From assembly GCA_028534125.1 (NCBI GenBank), contig CM052816.1:72170001-72234000 (forward strand): 64,000 nucleotides of DNA, read 5' to 3'. The position numbers were made by a program, and so were the translations under genes. Shown here in pieces: positions 50,893-64,000 of this stretch (positions are counted from its first letter, which is position 1; each line of letters opens with the position of its first letter). Origin of the DNA: Lama glama (Eukaryota). The notes below the pieces were generated by a model. The model did not search any database and was not told the DNA's origin. It worked only from the letters and a program-made list of their open reading frames with translations.

Positions 50893-53244
50893 ATGGGAAA
50901 AGACCACTAAAAGGAAATTCACAAAAGAAGAGATATAAATGATTACCATATATGTTGAAATGTTCAATCTCACTAAGAAGAAACACAAAATAAAACAAGA
51001 TCCCTATATTACCCTCCTCCCCCCAAAAAGAGACAGGGTAAATAAATAACGGTATATCCGAATGATCACTATGCAGTAACTAAGAGCATGGGTAGAGATA
51101 TATGCTGTTATGAAAAGAACTCTAAGACATGTTATTAAATGATAAAATCAAGGTTCATGAATGCATAGTATGTATACTAGTATAATACACTAGTTTTTAA
51201 AGAAGGAAATGTAACATACAAGGATGACCAAGGAATTATTAACAGCACCCACCTCTGGGTAAAATTGTAGTTAGGGGAGAGGGAGACATTTATTTTTCAG
51301 TTTAAACCAAATGACTTATTTAAATTTAATGCCACAGCATTTGTTATTTTCATGATAAAATAAATCATGAAACAATTTTTAGGTACAGGGGATATAAATT
51401 AAACATTAATATAATACAACCCTAAAAAGTTAGAAATCACTGACTTAAGATTAGACTAAAGGAAAGTCATGTGTCATGACTTTCCACTGAACTATATCTT
51501 TCAGGATCCCAGTTCTTCTTGAGAACATCTAAGACTTCAAGTAATACTCTGGCATTTTATTTCGATCTTTTCCTGCCCAAACTGCTAACTCTTCTCTGGC
51601 AGGTAAACCTTTTTTCTTAAAAAATTAAATTATTTTTTCTTGGTGCATTTCACCGGGCTTTTGTCCTATATCTGGTTCTTCTTTGATTAGTTTTTATCCT
51701 TTTGGAAAGATTAGTCGTGATAGACCTCTTTCTTCAAAATTTGTCTCGGTTCTTTGGCTTTTTGCCCTTTGGCTTATAATCAGAGATCAGCTTCCGATTT
51801 GTTTTGTCCTGGAGAAGCTTAATGGAATTTAGAGCAAGCTAAATAAGATATTAATTAAAAGTTTAAACCTTGTAAAACTCTAATATAGAGGCTCTAACCC
51901 AAAGACACTTGTGGCCATTCATTCTTTAAAACCAGCCGTTTTTCTTTTGAATTGCATTACCTTTAATTCTGCAAATTGAATGTTATATAGCACCAGGCAA
52001 ACCGCTGTGAGTAATTATAATACTCATTGCTGAGTGATGTGACTTCTTCCTCAAAGCTGGGCTTCTTAGGGAAATTGCATGATTAGGTCCCTAGGTGTCT
52101 TGGCTTGTTTAGCGAATCATGTTGGCCCTCCAGGGAGCTAATGCATCTTTGATTATTTACAGGTTCACACCAGACCCCTTATAAATATAAGCACATTAGC
52201 TCAGTAGCTAAATAACAGTAACATGAAACACGGCAGACACAGAGGAAAGAACTAGCAGAAACGAACGCAAACCCACGAGCTGCCATCTCTCTGTCGCACT
52301 CTGTAGCTTTCTCTGTTAGTGCTTGGTTGACAGTTATAGACCTAGGTGCATGTGTGCAATTACTTATGTCAGGCCCCTCTGAAAGTAGGGGCCTTTTAAA
52401 TTTCTATAGAGGAGACTGAGAATCAAATCACATCCCTCATATACTTTGATATCTTTTAGGTGGGAGCCAAATTTATTTAAGAATCATCTGCTGTTTTAAA
52501 GTAATATTTAAAATTATGGGAGATTACCATGTGAAGACACAGACAAACAAAGGGAGAAGTCTAGGTCAGGATTGGAGCGGTGCACCTATTAGCCAGGAAA
52601 CTTAAAACACTGTCAAACAGAACTACAAAACAGATAAAGCAAGGAGGGAGGTTTCAGAGGGAGCGTGGCCCAGGTAATACCTTGATTTCAGACTCCTATC
52701 CTCTAAAACTGTGAGGAAGATACATTTCTGTTGTTTTAAGAGATAATTTAAAATAAAATTATGATGATATTAATACATCTATAATGTAAAATGTTTAGAT
52801 GCACATACTACAAATGTACATAAAGTAAGTTTTTCTTCTCTACTTCTGCACCCATTTTTTTTCTTCACACTTTATGGAGAACAGTTTAATATGAAGGCCT
52901 CCAAACTATACGTAGGAATGTGGGGGGGGGCATGTGTGTGTATAGATTTTAAACATTTATACATATAATCTATATATCATATACAATACACAATGGACAC
53001 ATGCATACACAAACACATGAAATATCCTATACATATGGGTCTAAAAACTGTTTAATAAATTTGAACTAGGACATATGGGCATAGGTAAGATTCAGAACTA
53101 TCCAGTTGAAAGCAACCTCATTTTGTCAGATCAGCAAAGTTGGGGGCTCCAGGCTCTGCTCCTCTAATTGCTGTTCTAGCAGTATCTTAATGGCAAAGTT
53201 TGCTGAAATGAAATACACATAGTGACCCATTGTTGGGGATACAT

Positions 53245-53705
53245 GTAGTGGCCTCCTAAGCATTCAATATCCCCTGCCCATGCACACCCCTAACCAGTGA
53301 ATTTCCCAGCCGTGACAACCTCTAAGGGGGTTGAGCCCCATGCCAAGAACACTTGGTCATGATAATTGGTGCAGGAAGGAGCATCTGTTTTCAGCTAATC
53401 AAATCAGAAGGCAACACAACTCTTTTATTCAAGGACTGAGAGGAAAATAGCCTCTCTCTGATCATGGCAGAGGAAGCATGAGGGAGTTATTTTGTGATGA
53501 CGTGGAGTTTCAAGCCATAGAATAAAATGGAGACCTAAAAAGGTAAAGTGGAGATACAGAGAGGACATGAAGCATTTATTTTGTGTCACTGCTAAACCCC
53601 TGCATTAAACTATGCTTAAGTCTTTACTGTTATCTCAAATTTTCTTTATCATAAGAGCCAGTTTGAATTATGCTTTTTGTTACTTGCAACCAAAATTATT
53701 CAAAT
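53245..53705 (+). mobile_element. Old MLT1 LTR relic
   Basis: Starts tgtagtggcc; ends gccagtttgaattatgctttttgttacttgcaaccaaaa, a typical MLT1K/L end. Confidence 0.5.
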
Positions 53706-55489
53706 ATATTAGCACTGAAATGTTAGATCATAATTGATCTATACTAGTTTTTGCAAGAGTGTTTAGGGGAATACTTGCTTTCTAACTTACTAAGTAAAAT
53801 AGTCCATATTCAAATACAGTTGGTAAATATGGAGCTGTATTTTTCACTCTTTTAGAGATCCACAAAGCACAGGGCATATTAAACATTTTAAGAAATAAAA
53901 AACAAAAAAATTCTAATTATGATTATACCTACAGTTTTCATATTTATTAACCAAATATTTCAACTTCTGTGTAATACCTATTGAAAAATCTATTTAGAAA
54001 GTTGTTTCCTAGAATTGAAAAATACTGATTCAGATTATCAGTATATTTTCATATCCCTTTTTTCTCACAAGATTAGAATCAACATTTTTAGCCAGAACAT
54101 TTGGACTCAAACACTCTAGACCTTTTAAAGTGTTAGTTTATGATTATATATAACTTATATATATATAAGATCTACCCAGTTACATTTTTAAGACCAGCTA
54201 GACTTAAAATATCTTCAGTCTTTACCTCAGTTCAGTTTGTTGAATTTTGTTCACGTTACCTGATGTGACATAGAATATATCTTAAATTTAAAAAGACACA
54301 TGTTTGCTGAGCATTTCTTACATTTGTATATCTTGGATTTTTTTAAAATATAAATCACAGAAGCTTAACATGCGTGATGTTAACGGTAAATAAATTAATC
54401 ACAGAAATATTGGGGAGCTTGTGAAACTGTTGAAAAGGCTGGAAAGCCAGACTTAAAGTTAAGCAATCAGGAAACGTGCCCCAAAGCACGCTGTGGAACT
54501 GGTCCAGAGAGGAAACTGCCACCACCACCGCTAAGAACCAGCGCTGCAGCTTGCAGAACGCAGAATGCAGCAACCTTGTGGCTGTTGTGCAATCCGAGGC
54601 CAACTGTTAAACCACCATCACCACGCCCACCCGGCACCTCACAACACACAGCTGCTGCATTACCTCCTCTAGAAACAGAGAAACCTTAACTGAATCTGTT
54701 TCTTTTTTAGTTAATTTCTAAGTCAAAATTCATCACAGGCAAACATACTGGCAGAACCTAAATCATAGGCGGGCACCCTAGCTGCAAAGGAGGTGGAGAA
54801 GGCACACTTTTGGCGTTTCAGCTTCTAAAACAAGAGAGTTTCTTGGAACCGTTAAGACCGATATGCTGGGGATTTCCTCAAACACAGGAACAGACTTCAA
54901 ATAATAAAAAAATCATTATTTGCTTTGATTTGTTCAATATCAACATACATTTTTTACCAATTAAACACAAAAGGCCCATGCTTCTTCCTGACAGAATGCA
55001 ACAATTTCTTTGATAAGTGAACACTAACCTACACTCTCTTCAACAAGGGAACAGTCTGAAAATCTCATCAGTCTACTGCTTTGAAAATCTCAAAGCATCT
55101 ACTTTACATGCAAGAATTCTGGGTGATGTCTATTCCTCTTCCAAGTCCATCACTATACTATCTTGATATTTTGTCATGTATGGTTCAAAATTATTAACCA
55201 CCCCCTACCATACCTTATATAAAAAGAGAGGGAGAAAAGGAGAGGAAAGAAGAGGTAAACACTGTGAAGACAGTACAAGAAAGACAGTGTGGCTGGAAGT
55301 TAAGACCCTTGCTTCTGTGGATGGTCACCAGTCACTATTGGCATCTATGACCATGTGCCCTCAGCTAATATCTCTGCTAGTCAGGATTTTACATTGCAAG
55401 GTGGCCAAATCTTCATTCCTGACAGAAATGTCCTTCAAAATCTACTTTCATGAGTATGCTGTAGTCATTCTTAACTTATTTTATTTCAA

Positions 55490-56060
55490 ACAATTAATAC
55501 ATTTTATTTTTTAGAGTGGTTATAAGTTTATTAAAAAGTTGAGTAGAAAGTACAGAGAGTTCCAAGAAGGTTTAGAATCTTGCTTTGGTGAGGTACATTT
55601 GCTTAAATTGAGAAACCAATATTGATACATTAGTATCAACTAAACCCCAGTTTACATTAAGGTTCACTCTTTGTGTTGTACAGATCTATGGATTTTGCCA
55701 AACACATAATATCATGTATCAACCATTACAGTGTCATTCAGAATGTTTCAGTGCCCTAAAAATTCCACACTCTGTGTATTCATCCCCCTCTCCCCAATTC
55801 CTGGCACTCACTGTTAATTTTACTGTCTCTGGATGGTTTCCAGAGCATCAAATAGTTGGAATACTACAGTATAAAGCCTTTTCAGACTGCTCTTTTTCAC
55901 TTGGCAAAATGCATTTGTTTCCTCCATGTTTTTTTTGTGGTTTGATAGCTCATTTTAAAAAATCACTGAATAATATTCCATTGTGTGGATGTACCACTGC
56001 TTATTTATCCATCCACCTATTGAAGGATATCTTGGTTGCTTCCACATTTTGGCAATTAGC
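55490..56060 (-). mobile_element. Old L1M (MB/MC-like) 3' end
   Basis: ttagagtggttataagttta…aaaagttgagtagaaagtacagagagttcc…gttggaatactacagtat…gaataatattccattgtgtggatgtaccac…tgaaggatatcttggttgcttcca. Confidence 0.8.
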
Positions 56061-57700
56061 CTTCATTAATTTTTTACCACAGGACTTGGCAGAATTAGGA
56101 GCCAGCCAAGGGGAATCTCCTGGGTTCTTTTTATTTTTTTCTCAGAAATTGCAATTTTAATTCCTCTCTCGAGTCAAGGTTTATTATGCCAGCCAACAAT
56201 AGAACCACCTCTTAAGTTTTTGATTGTATGTCCAGAGGCATGAGGAGCCTTAGAAGGTCACATAGCAGTCTCTCACCCTTAAAGTCAATGGAATATTGCT
56301 GTGGATCTTCCCTTGGGTACCAATTAGGCAAAGTCTAGAATCTCAGGGATAGAAGACATAAATCTGAAAAGGATCAGTAGTTGTAACAGTGAAGGATGCC
56401 ACTCTGACATCCATAATCCAGATCAAAGTTCCTTGTATTTGCTCTATGAGAGACACACACCCATACCTGGTTACTAGTTCAGAACACACACAACATCCTC
56501 CAGTATCAGCCCAACCTTACAAGCCATTGTCTCTCAGCTGGCATTGGAATTGAGTCTTTAATAGAATACCCACCATTCTATAATTAGTTATTTTGGGGTG
56601 ATAGGGTCAATGGTGAGACAGGCAAGTCCAGTGAATATTTACTCTCTTCTTACAAATCAAGTTCCTTACATACAAGCAATGTAGAATTGGATATCATGGT
56701 GGCATATAAGACATTCAATACCCTCATGGAGAGTGGTAATCAGAGAAGCATAATATGCAGATAGTGACAATGTAATCCTAGAATAAACATCTAGTTTAGT
56801 ATTGAAATTCCCTGCTGCCACTGTGATAGAGTAGTTCCAAGATTATCACTGAGCCTGCCAAAAAGCTAGTGGTTTGTTCACTGAAGACATTATTATTGGG
56901 TGTTTACGCTTTGTCCTGCTGCTTGCATGTTGGACACCTAATACTCCTCCAGATAAATCGGCTTTTGTGAGCAATGAGCATATTCTCTACTGCCACCATC
57001 ATATCTGCTTTGTTCATTAGCCTTCTGAACAAGTCATGTAGTACCTAGGGAAAGAGGTTGTGTCACACCTGCCTATCTGATTGATAATCTTCTCGGCAAC
57101 AGTTTAGTGAGCATTTGTATTAAGCACAAATGTTCTCATACTCTGGTTCATTCTCAGTGGTTCATCCACATATTTCTTCCCCCAAACTCATTGCTACCAA
57201 TTCTCTAATCTTGTTCCTTCAAAGTCCTTAATCATTTAGCTCAATTATTAGACACCACACATAAATCAGTATTATCTCGCCTTACAAGAGTAGTGAACAA
57301 CCAAATGTACAGCCTAAAGTTCTCTTAAATTACACCCAAGTGGGCTATAATGCCTAAGCAATGTACTTTTGTCTGGCGCTAACATATTGTGCAGCGACTT
57401 CTGTAAATCAGGCTCAGTTTCCCCCTCATTGATCAGCTGGCCATAGGGAATTTCCCGTGAAGACATAGGTGAAGAATAAGGAGGGGCAGCGGTGCAGAGA
57501 ATAAGCTCATGCAGCTTACTGTGTCCTCAGAATCTGTTTTGGCTCAAGTCCACATATATATTCCCACCTGCTGATGGAGAAACTAGTTAATTGGGTAGCA
57601 CTCATTTCATGATAGCAGTTCATGTTGTCATGTTGGTTCCATTGATAGGACTTCAGCTCTCTACAATGCCCTGGAATCAAATCAAGGGCTGTTTCTTTAA
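56060..57700 (-). mobile_element. ERVL/MaLR internal (pol-derived) relic
   Basis: Minus strand near 57180-57105 reads GRNMWMNH*E*, then after a frameshift MRTFVLNTNAH*, resembling ERVL RNase H GRGMWIDLSEW…VKIFVSHVNAHQ; heavily decayed. A possible cognate LTR relic lies near 54340-54830. Confidence 0.55.
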
Positions 57701-57811
57701 AGAACAAAAATGGTATTCTGCCCCCTAAAAGGAATTATTTTGCTCTAAACTCTGTGAACTTCTGAGGGGTACCCTAGACCATTAGTGTAAAGGAAATACT
57801 TTATTTATATT

Positions 57812-58222
57812 CCTATGGTCAACTAATCTTCGACAAAGGAGGCAAGAATATACAATGGAATAAAGACAGTCTCTTCAGCAAATGGTGTTGGGAAAACTGG
57901 ACAGCAGCATGTAAAACAATGAAGCTAGAACACTCCCTTACACCATACTCAAAAATCAACTCAAAATGGATCAAAGACTTAAACATAAGACAAGATACAA
58001 TAAACCTCCTAGAGGAAAATATAGGCAAAACATTATCTGACATACATCTCAAAAATTTTCTCCTAGAAGAAATAAAAGCAAGAATAAACAAATGGGATCT
58101 AATGAAACTTACAAGCTTCTGCACAGCAAAGGAAACTGTAAGTAAAACAAAAAGACAACCTATGGAATGGGAAAAAATTTTTGCAAATGAAATCGACAAA
58201 GGCTTGATCTCCAGAATATATA
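57812..58222 (+). mobile_element. Isolated internal L1 ORF2 fragment
   Basis: Open frame [57 protein letters not shown]…SFCTAKET…[18 protein letters not shown]. Confidence 0.95.
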
Positions 58223-59412
58223 TATCTAATAATACATGTTTGAGGATTACTTATACATGCAAAAGCAACCACAGAGTATTACATTAATGGGAGTATTAAC
58301 AGAAAACATCATAAGAGAAATTAACCTAATGCAATTATGTATAATGCAAGAGAAGATAGGCTACTCAGTATGAAACTGACATAATCAGAAACAACAACTG
58401 AAAAATAAACATAGCTTCATACATTTTAATACATAATTCATCATGTCAGATTATCCCAGTTTAGTTGTGCTTGGTTGAAAGCAATAGAAAAGCTAATTAA
58501 CATAGCAACATTTGATTTTTACTTAACAAGAAATCTTAAGGTACTTGGTCCCAGGGTTGGTTTGGTGGCTCAGTGGTATCTAAAAAACTAGTTTCTCTCC
58601 ACCGTTTAACTCTGCTTCCTCAGGGCACTGAATGTCATCATCAGGCTTATCACCTCGTGGTTGTAAACAGCTTTGCAGCTCCACTTATTTGAAAGTTTCC
58701 AAAGTAGGAAAATAGAGAAAGAGGCAAAAAAAGGCCTTCTCTTTTTTTTATTAGAGGTGAAATCTTTCTCGGAAATCCTCAGCATATTTCTTCTTACAGC
58801 TCAGAGGTCAGAAATAGATCACAGACCTGCCTCTGAAACAATCACAAGCAAAGAGGAAATGACATTACCTTGTTGACTCAGACTCCTTCATGATTCATCG
58901 AGACCAGGTTAGAGGGATCTGTTACCAAGGAGGAACCGGAAATTGCTGTTGAATATGCAGCCAGAGATTCTGTCTCCATTATTTTCTTTGTGGATACAGT
59001 TTTCCTTATAACCAACTGAGAATGGAGAGGGTCAACTCTATTTTCCAGCTCTATAACCCATACAATGATTTTGAAGCTATAATCTGAAATAATTTCACTA
59101 GTCTCTTTTCTAAAAATTGGACTGATTGAAGATAAAATCATCTTTAATAGAGCCACCATGAGCTAATCTATTACTTATCCCCAAATCTTGCAGGATGGAC
59201 AAAAGGATAGCATGAACTGGTCAGGAAATTGAATATGTCAGAAAAAGTTACGAGGTCACAACAAATACCTCCGCTAGCCTCTGATCTTATAACCATGCAT
59301 ACAAATGAGAACACCAGATGCGGAGGAAATAGTAGGAGATTAAGGAATACTGTAAGAAGTACATTTTCATTATTATTTCTTAGTCAAAATTTTGAAGTTA
59401 TGTGAGGGACCT

Positions 59413-59932
59413 TGTATTAGGGTTCCCTAAAGAAACAGAACTAATAGGATACATATAGAGGATATATATATAGGATATATGTATTCTCTCTCTCTCTCTC
59501 TTTCTGGCTCCTGTGATTATGGAGAATGGCAAGTCCCAAGATTTGCAAGATGAGCGCACAGGCTGGACACCCAGGAGAGCCAATGGTGTCGTTTCAGTTC
59601 AAAGGCTGGCAGACTCAAGAACTAGGAAGGGCTGATGTTTCAGTTCAAGTGTGAAGGCAGAGAAAAGCTGATGGCCCCATTCAAAAGCAGTCAGGCAGGA
59701 AGAAGCCTCTCTTACTCAAGGGAGGGTGGCTTTTTTTATTCCATTTAGGCCTTCAGCTGATTAGATGAGATCCACTCACATTAGGGAGGGCGATCTGCTT
59801 CATTTAGTCTACCAGTTTAAACAGCAATCCCACCCCCAAAACACCCTCACAGATACACTCAGAGCAATGTTTGACCAAATATTTGGGCACCCTGTGGTCC
59901 AGTCAAGTTGACACACAAAATTAATCATCACA
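59413..59932 (-). mobile_element. MLT2B-like ERVL solo LTR
   Basis: tgtattagggttc…agaaacagaac…aatagga and ccagtcaagttgacacacaaaattaatcatcaca termini; 5-bp TSD GACCT/GACCA. Confidence 0.88.
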
Positions 59933-60437
59933 GACCAAGTGAATCTTCAACAAATGTTGATTCCTGCAAACCTGGGAATAACCAGTGTAGTTGCATGGAA
60001 AGCTACTGAACATGTACACATTTCTAATTTTTTCCTGTGTTATGATGTCTAGTCTGTGAATGAAGTTAAACACAGTTCTTTGACAACCTTCCACCTCCCA
60101 TTCTATTTATTTATACATGTGTTATGAATGTTTACTACAAAATAGAAATAAGATTCAGAGGTGAAAAAATCAAAATAGGTCAGATTAGGATAAAACCAGA
60201 GAACAGGTATTCACTGAGCAATGTGCACTAGGAAGGTAGAGACTGTCAAGCCCTCTGATTACAAGTAAATTCAAACACAAGTGGAAGTGGTTCAAAAGCT
60301 AAGGGAATCTTTGACATTTAGAAATAGCAAAAGCTTGTTCATGGAAGTAGCAGATGAAATTCTATCAATGTGCTGTTCTTTTCATATGCTATTCATATCT
60401 GTCAATTCCTCAAAAGTCCTAAGAGGAGTCACTTTTT

Positions 60438-60560
60438 TGTTGGGGAGGGGGCAGGTAATTAGGTTTTTTATTTATTTTAATGGAGGTACTGGGGATTGAA
60501 CCCAGGACCTCATGTATGCTGAGCACACCCTCTACCACTGAGCTATATATACCCTCCCCC
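60438..60560 (-). mobile_element. tRNA-derived camelid SINE (Vic-1-like)
   Basis: A box TAGCTCAGTGG and B box GGTTCAATCC on the minus strand; 16-bp TSD AGAG(G/C)AGTCACTTTTT (60422-60437, 60561-60576). Confidence 0.9.
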
Positions 60561-61714
60561 AGAGCAGTCACTTTTTAACTCTAAACTATATCACATTGTT
60601 ACTGCGTTGTAATAATCCTGACTCAGCAAGAAAGGTATTCATTATGGTCAGTGTACTCTGCTTATTTATCACTGAACTTTGAGACAAAACTTGTTGAAGA
60701 AGAAATGCGTATTGCTTAAAGTACTCAGCTGGCTATTCAGGTAATGTGGGTTTCTAGATCTAGCCGTTTTTTTGTTACTATGTATACACACTATTTATTT
60801 ATTCATCACTTTATTTCTAAGTAAAAGAGAAGCCCCAGAATTCACATATATAATAGAATATGTGTGTTCCTAATTTGTGCAATATTGAGGCAGTAATACT
60901 GGATAGAACTGTTGTCTTTTTCCATTTCATTTAATTTGGTATGGAACACACATGGTTTGTATAACAACTGGCTAAGTATATTTCATCCAACAACAATTAA
61001 ATATAATCTAAACCATCTTAAGTACTTTTTTGTGATGCAACAGGATAGTAACTTCAATTTGGAAATATAAAATCTTAGGATCACAAAGTTTAAGTACACT
61101 TCCCAAAATCTCATTTTCTACAGTTAATAGAAAAAAATAGTAATAATGCTGATCATAAGAGAGGCTACTGATTGATAATAAAGTGGAAGTTTTTACATAC
61201 TGCTAATCAAATTTTAATGAAGCAAGAAGGAAAGAATCGTAAATAGTATTCTATAAAACGTCTGAAGTGAAATTAGTGTGAAATGACTTAATTTTTTTAG
61301 AATTAGGAGAGTTGACTTTTTGAATCTGTACTATGTTATCAAGAAAGCAATATGGTGAAATGGAGTAGGTTGGATAGCATGTTTTTGCTAGACGGCTTCT
61401 AGCTCCTTGATTTCTATAAGCCTCCTGTTTCCTTCCTTTGCCTCAAAGACAAGAAAGAAGAAACCTGCATCGAATAGTTTAAGCAGTTTCATTCAGCAAA
61501 TATAACTGCATCATAGGCATATCTTAAATTAAAAATCCTGGTCTGGGTCTCTGTCATCTCTGTTTCTAATTGGGACTGAATAAACCATATTGACAATCAA
61601 AATGTAGCCAGTGCCTATTCATTCTCATTTAGGAATGTGATCTTTTTCTTGATTAACTAATTATGCCTCCTGCAACTGATGAGTCAGATAGAAGAGTCTT
61701 CCAGGCTGCCAGAG

Positions 61715-61869
61715 CAGTGCTTCTGAATTGAACGGCACATACAAATTACCTGGGGATCTTGACATATTGCAGATTTTGACTCAATGGCTCTGGGAGGGGC
61801 CTGAAATTCTGCCTTCTTAAAAAGCCCCCAAGTGAAGCTGGTCCCAGGACCCCTTTGTGAGCAGCAAGG
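61715..61869. mobile_element. MER5A-like hAT-Charlie element
   Basis: cagtgcttct…attacctggggatcttg…tgcagattttgactca…ggggcctgaaattctgc…gctggtcccaggacc…gagcagcaagg followed by tctaga. Confidence 0.75.
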
Positions 61870-62539
61870 TCTAGAGAATTAGAAATAGGACAAGTGTAAA
61901 CATGGACAAATGTAGAGAAATACTTGAGAACTGTAGAAAAACTTTTAATAAGTGATATGTTTAGCCTGTTCAAATAAAACCCAGGAGGGTCCAAGGGATT
62001 CCTGACTCTGCTCCACTTGTGAGGAACATGACCTTAAGGTTCTCGTTGGTTTATCAGTGCATCAATTTTCTTGTTTTCAAATTGGTATGATAGTTTGCCT
62101 CCAAGAAGCTTAGTGCATTTTATTTTTTTGCTGAATGAGGGCAGTAAGGGTTACAGTTGCTATTTAGAGAAATGCATTAGATAATAAAAAGCTTGAAGAA
62201 CTTACATTAATAAAAAAAAAAGAGTTGAATGAGAATAAGGAAGATCAAATTGAAATAAAGAATGAGTCAGTAGGGTACGGACTGTTAAACGCTTGATGAG
62301 ATTTCCCAGGTATTGACACACTGGTAACTTAAAATAAGAAGAATGGAAGAAAAGGTCAATTTGAATCCGTAAAATGTTGTGGGAGGTTGGGAGTAAGAAA
62401 TAATATATCATAGAGTCTGGTACTAAAAGTTTTATTTATCTTACAGAAGAAAAGAGAGCAACCAAATAGAAGCAATAGGAAATGGATGAAAAGAGCTTTA
62501 TCTACAATTATTAAAACCAGAAGAAATTCTATAAAGCTT

Positions 62540-63130
62540 TTTAAAGGAAGATTTATGAAATTTAGATTTACAGAAAAGTATTTCTAATAAAGGCATATGT
62601 ATGATCAACTGTTCATAATTAATATATAATGCTGACAAACTTCACAGGATATAAATGTAAGAGAATAATCTAATATAAAACGCATAAATAGAGCCACATA
62701 AATTTTTGCTTAGGAAACGATTTTGGATGAAGAAAGTAGTGATTAAGGGCTTATATTAACATAAAAAACAATACAAAAATGGTTTATGTTGTGTTTGAAA
62801 ATAGATAATAAAGTACTGAGTAATTTAGTACTCCAGTATCAAAGTGAAATAATAAGCAGCCTTCCAGGTCTTTGCCAGATTTATAGATGTGAAAACACGG
62901 AGACTTGTGTTGGTAGGAATGCAGTGAAATGGGTACTTTCATATGCTGTTGCTCAAAGTATAAAATGGTACCATTATTTCTGGCATGAAATTTGAAAATA
63001 CGTATGTCAACCTTCAAAAATCTTTATCTACCATAATTCACTAATTACTTTCTAAGAAATAATCATTAGTACATGTATAGATTGGTATTTATTACAACAT
63101 GTTTAAAACAGAGTTGAGTATAAACTTTAC
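62540..63130 (+). mobile_element. Old L1M fragment
   Basis: tgttggtaggaatgcagtgaaatgggtactttcatatgctgttg…gtataaaatggtaccattatttctgg is typical of the L1 ORF2 C-terminal region. Confidence 0.6.
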
Positions 63131-63374
63131 TTCCAAAACACAGAGAGGAGGGTGCAGATTAGTTAAATATATGACAACAAAGAGACATAAAAATGCTGTG
63201 GAGTTGTTTAAAGGCACACTTATGAAAAATGTAAATGGCAATAAGATGACTGATGTACTATTTTCAAAAAGCTGGAGGTATTTTTCTACCAGAAATATAG
63301 TAGACTAAATTTGTTGAACCTCCACCCTACTATGTAACATGTACAAATACCAGATAAAATGCACATTTCAATTT

Positions 63375-63531
63375 TATTTATTAATTAATTATTAAAATGT
63401 TATATTTAATTTATTTTGGGGGGGTAATTAGGTTGGTTTTTTTGTTTATTTTTAATAAAAGTACTGGGGATTGAACCCAGAATCTCGTACATGCTGAGCA
63501 TATACTCTACCACTGAGCTATACCCTCCCCC
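63375..63531 (-). mobile_element. tRNA-derived camelid SINE (Vic-1-like)
   Basis: Minus head GGGGGAGGGTATAGCTCAGTGGTAGAG…GGGTTCAATCCCCAGTAC, same family as 49693 and 60438; imperfect TSD at(t/g)tcaattt. Confidence 0.88.
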
Positions 63532-64000
63532 AATGTCAATTTAAATGTGTATTGCTAACTTGCAAAGGAATTTAGGCAAATCCCATAGGCTAAACATGAG
63601 AAGAATATATGAATCCAGAGAGATCTGCAACCACCACAACCAGAGACTTTCATAAGACAGTGCTGTCCCTGAAACCCTGAGACTCATTTTTTATCACCAC
63701 CTGGGATATGGGAGAGTGGGAGACAAAGCTTAGTGGCTCCTCAGTGTAGCGGTTTTATAGAGAACCCTGCTAAAGCCAGAACTCCAAAGGACTATAATTT
63801 CAGTGAAGTGGCAGATTAGGAAAAACCTGCTTCTCAGAGGGGGCCAACTAGGAAATCTTCCTGCCCCAAACTTAGTGCTAGTTTGAGGGAGAAAAAATCA
63901 CAAGTCCATCCTCACAGGAATTTGTAGTTTAAAATTTCACTATCTAAACAATTTTTTAAAAAACTCAATTGGAAATTTACTTTATAGTTGTCCCTTGTTG

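Noticed and set aside
49693..63531. tRNA-like A/B box sequences as tRNA genes
   Set aside because: They have AT-rich tails, TSDs and degenerate stems, so they are SINE copies.

Overview
Mammalian genomic DNA, very probably camelid (three copies of a tRNA-derived Vic-1-like SINE and matching young L1 3' ends), with one 500-N scaffold gap. The only host gene supported is the 5' end of PARP8 on the minus strand: a CpG island (~32.0-33.7 kb), coding exon 1 (32947-32857, MGMCSRQERIQKDIDVVIQKSRAEKDCLFA) and the 55-nt coding exon 2 (31898-31844, DFRYSDSTFTFTYVGGPK). Bases 1-31843 are the start of a very long intron, and the next coding exon was not found in the window. Everything above ~34 kb is upstream intergenic DNA dominated by transposon relics (L1, L2, MIR, MaLR/ERVL/ERV1 LTRs, hAT and Tc1/mariner elements). 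I found no new protein-coding system, RNA gene or CRISPR-like array. The most interesting signal is the PARP8 5' leader: a candidate distal exon whose ATG would create a spliced uORF ending in a TAATG stop/start overlap with the PARP8 initiator, and an alternative unspliced leader whose only uATG opens a 12-proline uORF. There is also a tight RFX/NF-kB/ETS motif cluster in intron 1 and a few unusual retrotransposition scars. Repeat family names come from recalled consensus sequences, not from a database search.
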